From contig CAXXKA010000006.1 of NCBI GenBank assembly GCA_963668625.2, positions 352,001-416,000 of the forward strand: a stretch of 64,000 nt of DNA. Direction: 5' to 3'. Of this stretch, positions 32,071-42,095 are shown piece after piece. The notes beneath the pieces were generated by a model. The model had not been told where the DNA came from. It saw only the letters and a program-made list of their open reading frames with translations, and did no database searches. This DNA comes from an uncultured candidate division Zixibacteria bacterium (lineage in GTDB: Bacteria; Zixibacteria; MSB-5A5; UBA10806; 4484-95). Within the stretch, counting starts at the first letter, position 1. Each line of letters opens with the position of its first letter. A program made the position numbers and the translations under genes.

Positions 32071-33276
32071 ATGTTTTCGGTAGTATATTTTATCGCCGGC
32101 CTTGTAGTTGGTGTTGTTCTGGTTATGATTATAAACTCCCGCCGCAATCGCGATATAAAAGCGCTGGCGCAGGAGATGGTTTCTCGAGCCGATGCCGAGA
32201 AGCTTCAAAACCTGGAGCAGTTCATACAGCGTATCAAGGAATCGTTCAATTCCATCTCGATGGAGGCGTTGGATAAATCCTTAAAGCAGAATCTCGAGGC
32301 AGCCAAGAGCGCGTTATCCGAGCAATCCTCGGTAAGCGCCAAGGATATCGATGGTAAAAAAGAGCTGATTTTCAAAACCTACGATTCGATGAAATCCGAG
32401 CTCGAAAAAGTCAATAAGCTGATCAAAGAATTCGAGGGCGACCGCCAGAAAAAATTCGGCGAACTATCGAGCCTTCTGAGCAATACCGGCAGGGAGTTAA
32501 ACCGTCTACAGGATACCACCACCAAACTGACAACGGCGCTCGTGCGTTCGCGCGTTCGCGGCAACTGGGGTGAGCGCATGGCCGAGGATATACTGAGATT
32601 GGCGGGATTCATTCAGGGAGTCAACTATTTCAAACAAAAAACACTGAGCAACTCGGCCCAGAGACCGGATTTTACGTTCATCCTGCCTAACGATCAGAAG
32701 ATCAATATGGATGTTAAATTTCCATTCAACAATTATTGGCTTTATCTCGAAAGTGAAAATGAATCCCAGAAGGATGGCTATAAGAAGGCTTTCCTTAAGG
32801 ATGTTAAATCACATATAAAAACTCTGAGCAGCCGAGACTATATCAATCCCGATGATAACACCGTTGATATCGTGATTATGTTTATTCCCAATGAGCAGGT
32901 CTATTCGTTTATCAACGAGAATGACCGCACTATACTCGACGAGGCCATCACTAACAAGGTGGCGTTATGTTCGCCGCTTACACTATTCGCCATTCTTGCC
33001 GTGATTCGTCAAGCCGTGGATAATTTCAATCTCGAGCGCACAGCCAATCAAATCCTTCAATTGATGGGTGGATTTAACAAGCAATGGAGCATGTATATCG
33101 ATGTGCAGGATAAGATGGGCAAACGCATTGAGGATACCCAGAAAGAATACAACAAACTAATCACTACCCGCCGCAATCAACTGGAGCGAATTCTAGATAA
33201 AATAGAGGATTTGCGAAACCAGAAGAATCTTCCGGTTGATGATATAGTAAAGCCTCCGCAGATTTCCGAAAATTAG
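32071..33276 (+). CDS. rmuC: DNA recombination protein RmuC
   Basis: N-terminal TM, coiled coil, RGNWGE, RPD..LP..DVKFP, MFIPNE. Confidence 0.9.
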   Translation: MFSVVYFIAGLVVGVVLVMIINSRRNRDIKALAQEMVSRADAEKLQNLEQFIQRIKESFNSISMEALDKSLKQNLEAAKSALSEQSSVSAKDIDGKKELIFKTYDSMKSELEKVNKLIKEFEGDRQKKFGELSSLLSNTGRELNRLQDTTTKLTTALVRSRVRGNWGERMAEDILRLAGFIQGVNYFKQKTLSNSAQRPDFTFILPNDQKINMDVKFPFNNYWLYLESENESQKDGYKKAFLKDVKSHIKTLSSRDYINPDDNTVDIVIMFIPNEQVYSFINENDRTILDEAITNKVALCSPLTLFAILAVIRQAVDNFNLERTANQILQLMGGFNKQWSMYIDVQDKMGKRIEDTQKEYNKLITTRRNQLERILDKIEDLRNQKNLPVDDIVKPPQISEN

Positions 33277-33716
33277 AAATCGAAAAAATATAATACCTGT
33301 CGTTGCCGAATCAGTCATGTATTTCGGGGAAATAGCTATCGTATTATTGCAGGCATGATTTAACCCGGAGACTCCCAATAAGAGTATATCTCTTACATCT
33401 TTTTAGGAAAGCTCGAGTATTGTGATTGGATTTGATTACGCTCTTAGGCGAATTCACCTCACATTAGCTGAGGCAGGGTGGTTTAGATGCCTGATATACG
33501 ATGAACTATCGAGTTCTCATCCCCGTATAGCTTCCGGATCAAGTCCTAAATGGCAATTGTAAAGCCTTTTGAGGCAAGTAATCCCATATATTCATGCCAT
33601 ATTCCCCTTGCAACCAAACGCCAAAAACTCCGTAAATCTCCTGTTGATTTAAAGAATCGGAGCCTTTATATTAGGCGGAAATTTGAATAACCAAACGATA
33701 ATAGGTGGAGGAATAA

Positions 33717-34640
33717 ATGTCTAGTGTTAAAAAACGTGATTTCGTAGCGATCACCGAATTCACCGAGTCCGAAATCCGCGAGTCGATCAAGCTGGCTATC
33801 GATGTTAAAAAGAAAGGCCAGATGCTGGATGTCTTGAAAGGCAAAACCGTGGGTTGTATTTTTCATAAAGCCTCTCTCAGAACCCGTATTTCATTCGAGG
33901 TTGGTGTTTACGAATTAGGTGGTTACTCGTTATATATCACCGAGAAAGAGATCGAACTCGGCAAACGTGAATCTATCTATGATGCCGCCAAAGTACTGTC
34001 CCGCTACCTGGGAATGATCGAGATTCGGACATTCGCGCACAATGATGTCGAACAGTTGGCCAAACACGCCGATATCCCGGTGATTAACGGCCTTACCGAT
34101 CTTCTGCACCCCTGCCAGGTAATGTCCGACCTTCAGACTATAGCCGAGCATAAAGGAAAAATCGATAATATGAAAATCGCCTATCTCGGTGATGGTAATA
34201 ACATGGCCAATAGCTGGCTGAAAGCCGCCACCCGTCTACCGCTGGATTTACGTATCGGCACCCATGCCTCCACCCAGCCAGATCAGCAGGTTCTGGATGA
34301 GGCGAAAGCCGCCGGTAAATCGAAAATCACGATTACAGATGATCCCGATGAAGCGGTTGTCAACGCTGATGTCATTTATACCGATGTCTGGGCCTCTATG
34401 GGCGAAAAACATCTGCAGGAAGAACGCCAGAAACTTCTTTCGGCGTACCAGGTTAACTCGAAACTCCTGAATAAAGCCGGCGATGAGGTAATTGTCATGC
34501 ACTGCTTGCCGGCGATTCGCGGCCAGGAGATAACGGATGAGGTTATAGACGGCCCGCATTCTGTAGTATTCGATCAGGCCGAAAACCGTCTCCACATGCA
34601 AAAAGCGATAATGATCAAACTCGCCCGGGAAAGTTTCTAA
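33717..34640 (+). CDS. argF: Ornithine carbamoyltransferase
   Basis: S.RTRISFE, HPCQ, YTDVWASMG, HCLP, QAENRLH. Confidence 0.88.
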   Translation: MSSVKKRDFVAITEFTESEIRESIKLAIDVKKKGQMLDVLKGKTVGCIFHKASLRTRISFEVGVYELGGYSLYITEKEIELGKRESIYDAAKVLSRYLGMIEIRTFAHNDVEQLAKHADIPVINGLTDLLHPCQVMSDLQTIAEHKGKIDNMKIAYLGDGNNMANSWLKAATRLPLDLRIGTHASTQPDQQVLDEAKAAGKSKITITDDPDEAVVNADVIYTDVWASMGEKHLQEERQKLLSAYQVNSKLLNKAGDEVIVMHCLPAIRGQEITDEVIDGPHSVVFDQAENRLHMQKAIMIKLARESF

Positions 34641-34685
34641 GCGATATTGAGTTAAACTAATTTCACGTTAAAATTGACTAATCCG

Positions 34686-34718
34686 TAAGGCCGTTCGATC
34701 GAACGGCCTTACTTTTTA
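34686..34718 (+). terminator. Intrinsic terminator
   Basis: Perfect palindrome GTAAGGCCGTTCGATCGAACGGCCTTAC followed by TTTTT. Confidence 0.75.
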
Positions 34719-35046
34719 GTATCAGGATATCGTAATTATACTCGTCTTTGTAGTCTGCCTGATATCTATAGTGCCACATCGGTGAGTTACCAATGACTTA
34801 ATTGAGTCAATGAAATTGTAAGGCTAATCGCATTTTATATCTATGAATATCATTTCCTTTAGCCATACTATGCATCGCTTTGCGTATTGACGTATCGAGG
34901 CATACACTATCGATTAATTATATTTTATCCAGCAAATGGTAAGTTATTATTTATTATTGGATTCGGTGATTAGAATATAGTGCTGTTCTGTTAGGCCTTT
35001 CAGGCATGTACTTTGCTTTTATAGTCTCAAAACGAGGAGGCTTGAA

Positions 35047-35517
35047 ATGAAATGTTATTTCCACGGATCGGTAAACGGCGATGATCAACTGGCGAATCAA
35101 TTAGGCACGGTAAGTTTTGCCATACCCGATATCGGAGTAATATTTAGGAGCCGCTGGACTGGCAATTTGATAGAGTGCCAGTATGCCGCCTTATTATCTT
35201 TACTACAATTTATCGAAAACAATAAAAAAGCTTTTAATAGTAAAGAGATCAGGATTCTTTCGGATGCCTCCGTTGTCGTTTATCAACTTACGAAGGATTC
35301 TTTTATTTTAAAGAGTATCGAGCCATATTATAGAATGGTTCAGACCTATAAAAATAAATTCTCTTTCGATCTCAGGTGGATACCGGAGAAAGAGAACACC
35401 GCCTTGAATGGTATGATCGATACACCGCCGATGAAACCGAGTATCGAGATCAAATTCGACATGAAGAAAGATCCTGGTAACGGCAATCGCCCCGGTGGAT
35501 ATCTTCCCCTCGAATAA
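35047..35517 (+). CDS. RNase HI-like fold protein with apparently degenerate active site
   Basis: YFHG, CQYAALL, ILSDASVVVYQL, WIPEKEN line up by eye with RNase HI motifs. Confidence 0.6.
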   Translation: MKCYFHGSVNGDDQLANQLGTVSFAIPDIGVIFRSRWTGNLIECQYAALLSLLQFIENNKKAFNSKEIRILSDASVVVYQLTKDSFILKSIEPYYRMVQTYKNKFSFDLRWIPEKENTALNGMIDTPPMKPSIEIKFDMKKDPGNGNRPGGYLPLE

Positions 35518-35600
35518 TTTACTTGCATTAATTGCAACTTGATGTAAATTATTACTGTATATAATGCTGAGGGGCATTCATCAATAATATAGGAGGTTTA

Positions 35601-38180
35601 ATGAGATATGCAGCATCCATAGCTTTGATGTTTCTGCTTATGGTAGGAATTACCGAGGCATCCGATGCCCCTGTGGAACTCGTGCTGAATCGCAGTGAGA
35701 TGACTGTCCGACAAAGTCTGGATCAAACGTTGAAATTCGCTGATGAAAACGGCGCTACCAGGGCCTGGGTATTTTTTACCGATAAAGGTTTTTCCTCGGA
35801 TGATATTTATTACGACAAATTAAACGAGGTAGAAAACAGTCTTACTGAAAAAGCTAAAACCAGAAGAATGAAAACGCGCGATCGTTTCGACCTGGTTGAT
35901 TATTACGATATTCCCGTGTACGAACCATATATCGAGCAGGTGCTTGCGACAGGCGTCAAGGTCAGGCGTGTACTGAAATGGTTTAACGCCGTCACTATCG
36001 AGGGCGATGCCGATCAGCTTAACGATATCGCGGCTATGCCTTTCGTGTGCCGATTCAAGCATATAGTAAGTCGCTCTTTGCCCGATGGTTTCGACCGGAC
36101 CATGAATGAAAGTACCGAGCGGCCATTGTTAAGCTCTACTCTCGATTACGGCGCTTCGCAATGGCAGAACGACCAGATCAACTCGGTGGTAGCTCATGAA
36201 CTCGGGATAACCGGACAGAATGTATTGATTTGTATGATGGACACCGGCTACCGTCAGGGACATATTGCTTTTCAGGATGCCATCAATGAGGGCAGACTAA
36301 TCACTCAGTACGATTTTATCAACGATGATGATAATACCGATTACGATCCCGAGCAGGACGAAGAAAATCAGATTCGTCACGGCACCTTGACCTGGTCTAC
36401 CCTGGGCGGGCAGTCCTCGGGCAATTTGTACGGCCCGGCTTATGGCGCTAATTTCGTGCTGGCCAAAACCGAGGATATCACGGGCGAGTATCACGGTGAA
36501 GAGGACAATTGGGCCGCCGCCGCCGAATGGTGCGATTCACTGGGTGTGGATGTCATTTCGGCCTCGTTGGGTTACCGTTACCGGTTCGATCCTCCCGATG
36601 ATGACTATCCCTACGAGTGGATGAACGGTGATTCGACCATAGTCTCGATTGCCGCCGATTTAGCCGCGGCTCGCGGTATCACTATCGCCACGGCGCAGGG
36701 CAATGACGGCAGTGAAGGGGACGGTTCGCTTATCGCGCCGGCCGATTGCGATTCGGTTTTAGCTGTTGGCGCGGTGGATTACAATGATGAAATAGCAAGT
36801 TTCTCTGGATTAGGACCAACTTTCGATGGTCGTACCAAACCCGAGGTTTGCGCATTAGGCAGCGGTACGGTTTGCGCCGATCCCGCTGATTTAAACGATT
36901 TCGCCACCAGTTCAGGAACATCGCTTTCTACACCTCTCGTAGGCGGAGCATGTGGCATTTTGCTCTCGGCGCATCCCAATTGGTCTCCTATGATGGTCAG
37001 GGAGGCGTTAATGATGACCGCCACCAATCCCGAGGATCCGTGCAATGTCTATGGAACGGGTATCATCGATGTTGGCAAGGCATTGTTCTACCATCCCGAG
37101 GGTGACATGATTATAGAACATCAACCGATTATCTATTTCCCGCCGGGACTGGATAATATAACCGCCGATGTTACCATAACCGGCGGCGCGGGCGTGAGCC
37201 ATGCCTATTTTCATATGCGCCTCGATGAGCAGGATGATTTCGAAGCGACCGAGATGTATGGCAGCAATGATATCTACGAGGGAATCATACCCGGTCTTGA
37301 TGACGGTTACGTTCAGTATTACTTTAGCGTTGAAGATAATAACGGGATCACTATCACGTATCCTTACAACGCTTCGGAAAATTATTTCACGGTATATGTC
37401 GACAGCACCGCCTTTAATGATTCATTCGAGAACGGCCTGTACTACTGGAAAACCGAAGGCACCAACGGTAACTGGACTATATGCTCGGAACGAACTCATA
37501 CGGGTACCATAGCTCTTACCGATAGCCCATACCGTGATTACCGCGACAATGCCGAGTACATAATTACCAGTAATTTCGAGATTAACTTATATGACGCCCG
37601 GTCGGCTACCGCGAGTTTTTATGCTCGTCATATACTCCAGTCGAATATGGATTACGTATATTTCGAGGTTTCCACCGATGGCGGCGAACACTGGAATATG
37701 CCAGGACCACTCATGACCGGCTCCCAGATGAATTTCCTTCAGACCACGGTTGATCTTTCTGATTATATCGACAATAGCGTGATGTTCAGGTTCAGGATGG
37801 TGACGGATGGTTCCACGGTAAGGGATGGCGTTTACATAGACGATTTCGAAATCGTCTGGGATACTCAAACGGACATCCAGGATGATGGCAATCAATTGCC
37901 GAGCGAGTTCTCGCTGGCACAGAACTATCCGAACCCGTTCAATCCGACGACTATGATCAAATTCGAGATACCTCGAACCTCCGAGGTCGAGTTGGTCGTA
38001 TATGATATTCTCGGCCAAAAAGTACAGACCGTAGTTTCCGAAACCATGGAGGCCGGTACGCACGAGGCAATATGGAATGGCGCGGATGATAACGGCAATG
38101 AGGTAGCCAGCGGTATGTATTTTTACAAACTAACCGCCGGTGATCATACCCAATTGAAACGGATGACTTTAATCAGATAA
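35601..38180 (+). CDS. Secreted S8 (subtilisin-like) serine peptidase with T9SS-type/FlgD C-terminal domain
   Basis: Signal peptide; MMDTG, HGT, GTSLSTP triad; LAQNYPNPFNP CTD. Confidence 0.9.
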   Translation: MRYAASIALMFLLMVGITEASDAPVELVLNRSEMTVRQSLDQTLKFADENGATRAWVFFTDKGFSSDDIYYDKLNEVENSLTEKAKTRRMKTRDRFDLVDYYDIPVYEPYIEQVLATGVKVRRVLKWFNAVTIEGDADQLNDIAAMPFVCRFKHIVSRSLPDGFDRTMNESTERPLLSSTLDYGASQWQNDQINSVVAHELGITGQNVLICMMDTGYRQGHIAFQDAINEGRLITQYDFINDDDNTDYDPEQDEENQIRHGTLTWSTLGGQSSGNLYGPAYGANFVLAKTEDITGEYHGEEDNWAAAAEWCDSLGVDVISASLGYRYRFDPPDDDYPYEWMNGDSTIVSIAADLAAARGITIATAQGNDGSEGDGSLIAPADCDSVLAVGAVDYNDEIASFSGLGPTFDGRTKPEVCALGSGTVCADPADLNDFATSSGTSLSTPLVGGACGILLSAHPNWSPMMVREALMMTATNPEDPCNVYGTGIIDVGKALFYHPEGDMIIEHQPIIYFPPGLDNITADVTITGGAGVSHAYFHMRLDEQDDFEATEMYGSNDIYEGIIPGLDDGYVQYYFSVEDNNGITITYPYNASENYFTVYVDSTAFNDSFENGLYYWKTEGTNGNWTICSERTHTGTIALTDSPYRDYRDNAEYIITSNFEINLYDARSATASFYARHILQSNMDYVYFEVSTDGGEHWNMPGPLMTGSQMNFLQTTVDLSDYIDNSVMFRFRMVTDGSTVRDGVYIDDFEIVWDTQTDIQDDGNQLPSEFSLAQNYPNPFNPTTMIKFEIPRTSEVELVVYDILGQKVQTVVSETMEAGTHEAIWNGADDNGNEVASGMYFYKLTAGDHTQLKRMTLIR

Positions 38181-38204
38181 GATTGAATTTGCAGATAGAA
38201 GTAC

Positions 38205-38233
38205 AAAAGGCGTTCGTATGAGCGCCTTTTTTT
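38205..38233 (+). terminator. Intrinsic terminator
   Basis: AAAAGGCGTTC-GTAT-GAGCGCCTTTT followed by Ts. Confidence 0.75.
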
Positions 38234-38315
38234 ATATTGATCCTAAAAACCACCGGTTAATAACGACTGAGGTTTTCAATAGCAGCACTATCGTATATTT
38301 GTCACTATCGCGGAG

Positions 38316-38430
38316 GGGATAATTGAAAAAGTCTATTTCATGAGTCGTTGGGCGGACGGAGTCCTTCGTTCACCATTTCCCGGTGACATACTGTATGAAT
38401 ACAGCAGGAAGGAAAGGATTCCTTCAAGCA
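38316..38430 (-). repeat. MITE-like dispersed repeat, copy D (inverted, partial)
   Basis: ATTGAAAAAG end, then GTCGTTGGGCGGACGGAGTCCTTCGTTCACCATTTCCCGGTGACATACTGTATGAAT, the reverse complement of the copy C core. Confidence 0.7.
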
Positions 38431-38457
38431 AGTATCGAGAGAAGAACCAGATGATGC

Positions 38458-40581
38458 CTATTTCAAATACATTGCGGTTTTTACTTCGATCTGATTACCT
38501 GCAGATATCCTGAAAAAGTATAAACCGGAGGCCAGACTGTCGGCATCCCATTCCAACGAATACTTTCCCGTACCCTGTACGCCGTCGAACAATGTAGATA
38601 CTTTCTGCCCGAGTATATTGTAAACCTCGATAGTGGTATGGCTGGCTTTAAGCAGGTCGTACGAGAATGTTGTCGATGGATTGAATGGATTGGGATACAC
38701 CGAGGTAACCATAAACCGCGAGGGTTTTTCGGCAAGCTCGTTGATACCGGTGGTAGAGACATTCATTATCACATCCATGTCGGTTATGCCGTTGGATGGA
38801 TCGTTAGTGAGCAGCCTTATCACGCCGTTGTATATACCCGCGCTAAGGCCATCGGCATCGAAAGACATGTCGATATCGTAGTTGCTCTCAGGTTCTATAA
38901 AACCGCCCGTGGGATCGATTGCCATCCAGGTTTGCGGCGGCGCATAGTAAGGATCAAGATCGAACTGAACCGCTACCCCATCATCCGCGTAGGCAACATC
39001 GCGAGCCACCTGGCAACCGATAGAGCCGTCAGCGTTCTCTATTCCGATCGTGTTCTCGTTTAATCGCCCCGGCCCCATGCTCTGGTATTGATACTTGATT
39101 GTCGAGGGGGCGGCCAGGATGATCTGGAACGTGAATAAACCCTCCTGTCTCCAGTCAGGAACCTCGCTCCAGGTGATAATCGCGGTATCGGAATGATTCG
39201 TGTAGAAATAGCAGGCTCCGCCGTTCTCCAGGTTCATATCATCGAAAAACGCCGCCAGAAGATTATTGGGCGCTTCCTGATCGGGAATGCCGACATTGCC
39301 GAATTCGGTGGTATAGAAATCGGTAAACGAAGCCCAGCCATTGGCGCATACACAGATCGAATCGAATGAATTGCCGTAGTAGTTGAAATCGAATCCAATT
39401 GGCAATTTGCCCGAGTTGCCGTCATCGTAATCATATCCGAAACTAATCTCGGCGCCTGTCGAGGTGATATCTATCCAGTCATATTCGACATCATCGGGGC
39501 CGTTGTTATCGTACCAGTAATAACCGAAATCATCATATTGGGATGGACTTAACATCTCGAATGCGTAAATCAGGTCGCCGTCACCGCTATTGGAGATATT
39601 AAACTCGAGGCCTACTTCGCCGTTTAACGGCACATCGATTTCGATCGGCTGATCGGCGAAATTGGCGGCTGGTATACCCTCGTAAGTATATATAGGCCGT
39701 TGCGCATTATGGCCGATTCCGGCGCTGCCGTATTTTATATAGAAGAAGCCATCATCGCCCCAGCCGGGCCCCCAACTGTTTTTAACTATCCAGGCGCCTT
39801 CGCCCTCGCATTCGTTATCATCCCAGCCAACGATCAATACGGCGTGGTTCAAGTCCTCGGTGTCGGCATGTTCGTAGCAACCTCCGTTATACGAATCGAA
39901 ATCGTTATAGGCCGTCATTGTTGTCGAGACCGGTCCGGAGAGTAGCGCATTTTTTATGAAAGGCACGTTAGTCGGAATATCCACGAAATCGAGAAGGTTC
40001 GCCAGTACTTCGCACTGATCTTGCGTGCAGGGTTCTGTGTCATCCGCGTGATAAGGCATGCAATCCTCGCCCACAGCGCCATAATCGATAAACAGGTTAT
40101 ACGCATCTCCCATCCAGCCGCCGCCGCAGTCCGATTCGCCGGTGTTACAGGAGAGAACCTGTTGTTCGGAGAGATCGTAAGTAATACCATCATGTATCAG
40201 TATGGAGGATTCGAACGCGGCGGTGGCGGAGAAATCCCAACATGAACCGCAACCGAGCTGATTGGTAATCGGTGTGACTCCGTTCATCAAACGCCAGTCG
40301 AAAACATCCTGGGTATCCAGTAGAACCGGGGGCTGACTGTTGTTCCTGTTCAGCTCCTCGAATCTCAGCCGAACAGATTCCGGTATCTTTAATCCTCGCA
40401 GGCTTTGACGTTCCTCGGGCGATAGCGCTGTCACTGAATTTTCACCGGCCACCCAGTGAAGTCCTTTTTGTTTTATCATCTCCTGGATTTGTTCGACTTC
40501 CTCGGATACCTCTGCTCGCGAGCTGAACAGCGGGATTAACAATAAACATGATATTATCGATAATATTAGTCTAGCTTTCAT
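38458..40581 (-). CDS. Secreted C1A (papain-family) cysteine peptidase with accessory domains and T9SS-type CTD
   Basis: ATG 40581 after GGAGG; signal peptide; NQLGCGSCW, NHAV, KNSWG; VYPNPFNP CTD. Confidence 0.9.
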   Translation of the reverse strand: MKARLILSIISCLLLIPLFSSRAEVSEEVEQIQEMIKQKGLHWVAGENSVTALSPEERQSLRGLKIPESVRLRFEELNRNNSQPPVLLDTQDVFDWRLMNGVTPITNQLGCGSCWDFSATAAFESSILIHDGITYDLSEQQVLSCNTGESDCGGGWMGDAYNLFIDYGAVGEDCMPYHADDTEPCTQDQCEVLANLLDFVDIPTNVPFIKNALLSGPVSTTMTAYNDFDSYNGGCYEHADTEDLNHAVLIVGWDDNECEGEGAWIVKNSWGPGWGDDGFFYIKYGSAGIGHNAQRPIYTYEGIPAANFADQPIEIDVPLNGEVGLEFNISNSGDGDLIYAFEMLSPSQYDDFGYYWYDNNGPDDVEYDWIDITSTGAEISFGYDYDDGNSGKLPIGFDFNYYGNSFDSICVCANGWASFTDFYTTEFGNVGIPDQEAPNNLLAAFFDDMNLENGGACYFYTNHSDTAIITWSEVPDWRQEGLFTFQIILAAPSTIKYQYQSMGPGRLNENTIGIENADGSIGCQVARDVAYADDGVAVQFDLDPYYAPPQTWMAIDPTGGFIEPESNYDIDMSFDADGLSAGIYNGVIRLLTNDPSNGITDMDVIMNVSTTGINELAEKPSRFMVTSVYPNPFNPSTTFSYDLLKASHTTIEVYNILGQKVSTLFDGVQGTGKYSLEWDADSLASGLYFFRISAGNQIEVKTAMYLK

Positions 40582-40674
40582 TATTCCTCCTAATGGTGGC
40601 ACGATAGGCAATTTATGTAAATTTACGATATTATAAGGATTAGTCAACGAAAAAAGCAGTCATAGCCGACTCTG

Positions 40675-41968
40675 ATCTTATCAAGGGAATTGTGTAAATT
40701 TGTAATGATTTTCAGATTTTCGGTTATCCAGCACATAAGCGACTATTCCATAAACGATTCGATCAACACTTTTGGCATTAACAAATTTCCTGAACGGTTT
40801 TATCCTCCTTTGCAATTCCTCCAGATATCGCTCCAGAGGATTATTGGTCTTTATTTGAGTTCTTTCAGGTTCAGCATATTCTCGATAAATCAGTGTTCGA
40901 TCAAAGCCGCGAATAAATGATCGAACAGCTTTAGGTTCTTTCAATCGCCATTTGGCCTTGAAAGCTTTCAATCGTGCCTTCAACTCTTTCTCCGTCTCGG
41001 CCTGATAGACCGCAGCAGCATCCCTGGTGATTCGGCTGCGGTTTTTACGTTCATCCAGATTCTGGCTGATATTCGACAGCTTGTGGAAGACACATTGCTG
41101 TGATTTCACCCGCGGATATAACCCGGCCAGAGCTTTAATCAGCCCCTTACCACCATCGTGAACAACAACCTCCAACAAATGACCGCGCAGACCTCGCTGC
41201 TTGAGATCCGACAGAAAGCCCCACCAGTAGGCCTCGCTCTCAGAGCCAGCCAGCATGAAGTCGATAAGCTCACGGCTGCCATCGTGACGGACACCGTAGG
41301 CCACAAGCAACACCTTCTTCACCTTAACCGGAGAGGTTATCTTCACCCATAAACCATCCAGATGAATAAAACGATAATCATCGCCCAAAGCCCGACAGTG
41401 GAAGCTGCCAACCTCATCGTTTAATGCCTTAACTACGTTCGAGACAGCCTGGGCGCTGATGCTTTCACCATAGGCCCGCTTGAACATCCGTGCTGTCTTG
41501 CGGGTAGAATGACCAAGCAGAAAGCCCTCTAAAATCAGCCGATCCAATAGCTGCGAACGCCGTTTGTGCTTCCGCAAGACACTCGACTCAAAGCTGCCAT
41601 AACGCAGCCGGGGAACCTTTACCTCCTCTAACCAGCCGTATAAACTCAGCAAACCCCGACGGTAATAACCATTCCGATAATCCGCCCGCTCCTCACTCCG
41701 CTCATACTTTCCGCAGCCAACCGCTATCCTAAACTCAACATTCAACATCCGTTCCAAATGACGGCGAGCATGCTTCAACACCACACCCCGAACATCCTCC
41801 TCCCAATAACTCTTGACTCCGGCAAATACATAACCTACATTTTCATCAGCAAACCTAAGTGGTTTCACGGGTATATCCTCCTTGAAGATTAGCGTTTTCT
41901 GCTGGATATACCCGTAATTCTTTAATACATCAATAAATACAAATTTACACAATTGAATTTACACTAAT
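40675..41968 (-). mobile_element. IS256-family insertion sequence (~1.29 kb)
   Basis: Inverted repeats sharing AATTGTGTAAATTTGTA at both ends; direct repeat CCGACTCTG at 40666-74 and 41969-77. Confidence 0.9.
40681..41868 (-). CDS. IS256-family (mutator-type) transposase
   Basis: YRNGYY..VPRLR, HLDG, ESE..W, VHDG.KGL, QQCVFHK, TNN.LER; GTG after GGAGG. Confidence 0.93.
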   Translation of the reverse strand: MKPLRFADENVGYVFAGVKSYWEEDVRGVVLKHARRHLERMLNVEFRIAVGCGKYERSEERADYRNGYYRRGLLSLYGWLEEVKVPRLRYGSFESSVLRKHKRRSQLLDRLILEGFLLGHSTRKTARMFKRAYGESISAQAVSNVVKALNDEVGSFHCRALGDDYRFIHLDGLWVKITSPVKVKKVLLVAYGVRHDGSRELIDFMLAGSESEAYWWGFLSDLKQRGLRGHLLEVVVHDGGKGLIKALAGLYPRVKSQQCVFHKLSNISQNLDERKNRSRITRDAAAVYQAETEKELKARLKAFKAKWRLKEPKAVRSFIRGFDRTLIYREYAEPERTQIKTNNPLERYLEELQRRIKPFRKFVNAKSVDRIVYGIVAYVLDNRKSENHYKFTQFP

Positions 41969-42040
41969 CCGACTCTGCTTGCGGAATGATTTGTCGATAT
42001 TTTCCAACAGTATTTACCACTGGTATCCTGCCTGCTCAAT

Positions 42041-42071
42041 TAAAAAAACCCCATCACGATTGCGATGGGGG
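42041..42071 (-). terminator. Intrinsic terminator downstream of the 42096-44315 gene
   Basis: CCCCATC..GATGGGG stem with an A run on the + strand (T run on -). Confidence 0.65.
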
Positions 42072-42095
42072 AATATAAGTAAATTCGATAATATT

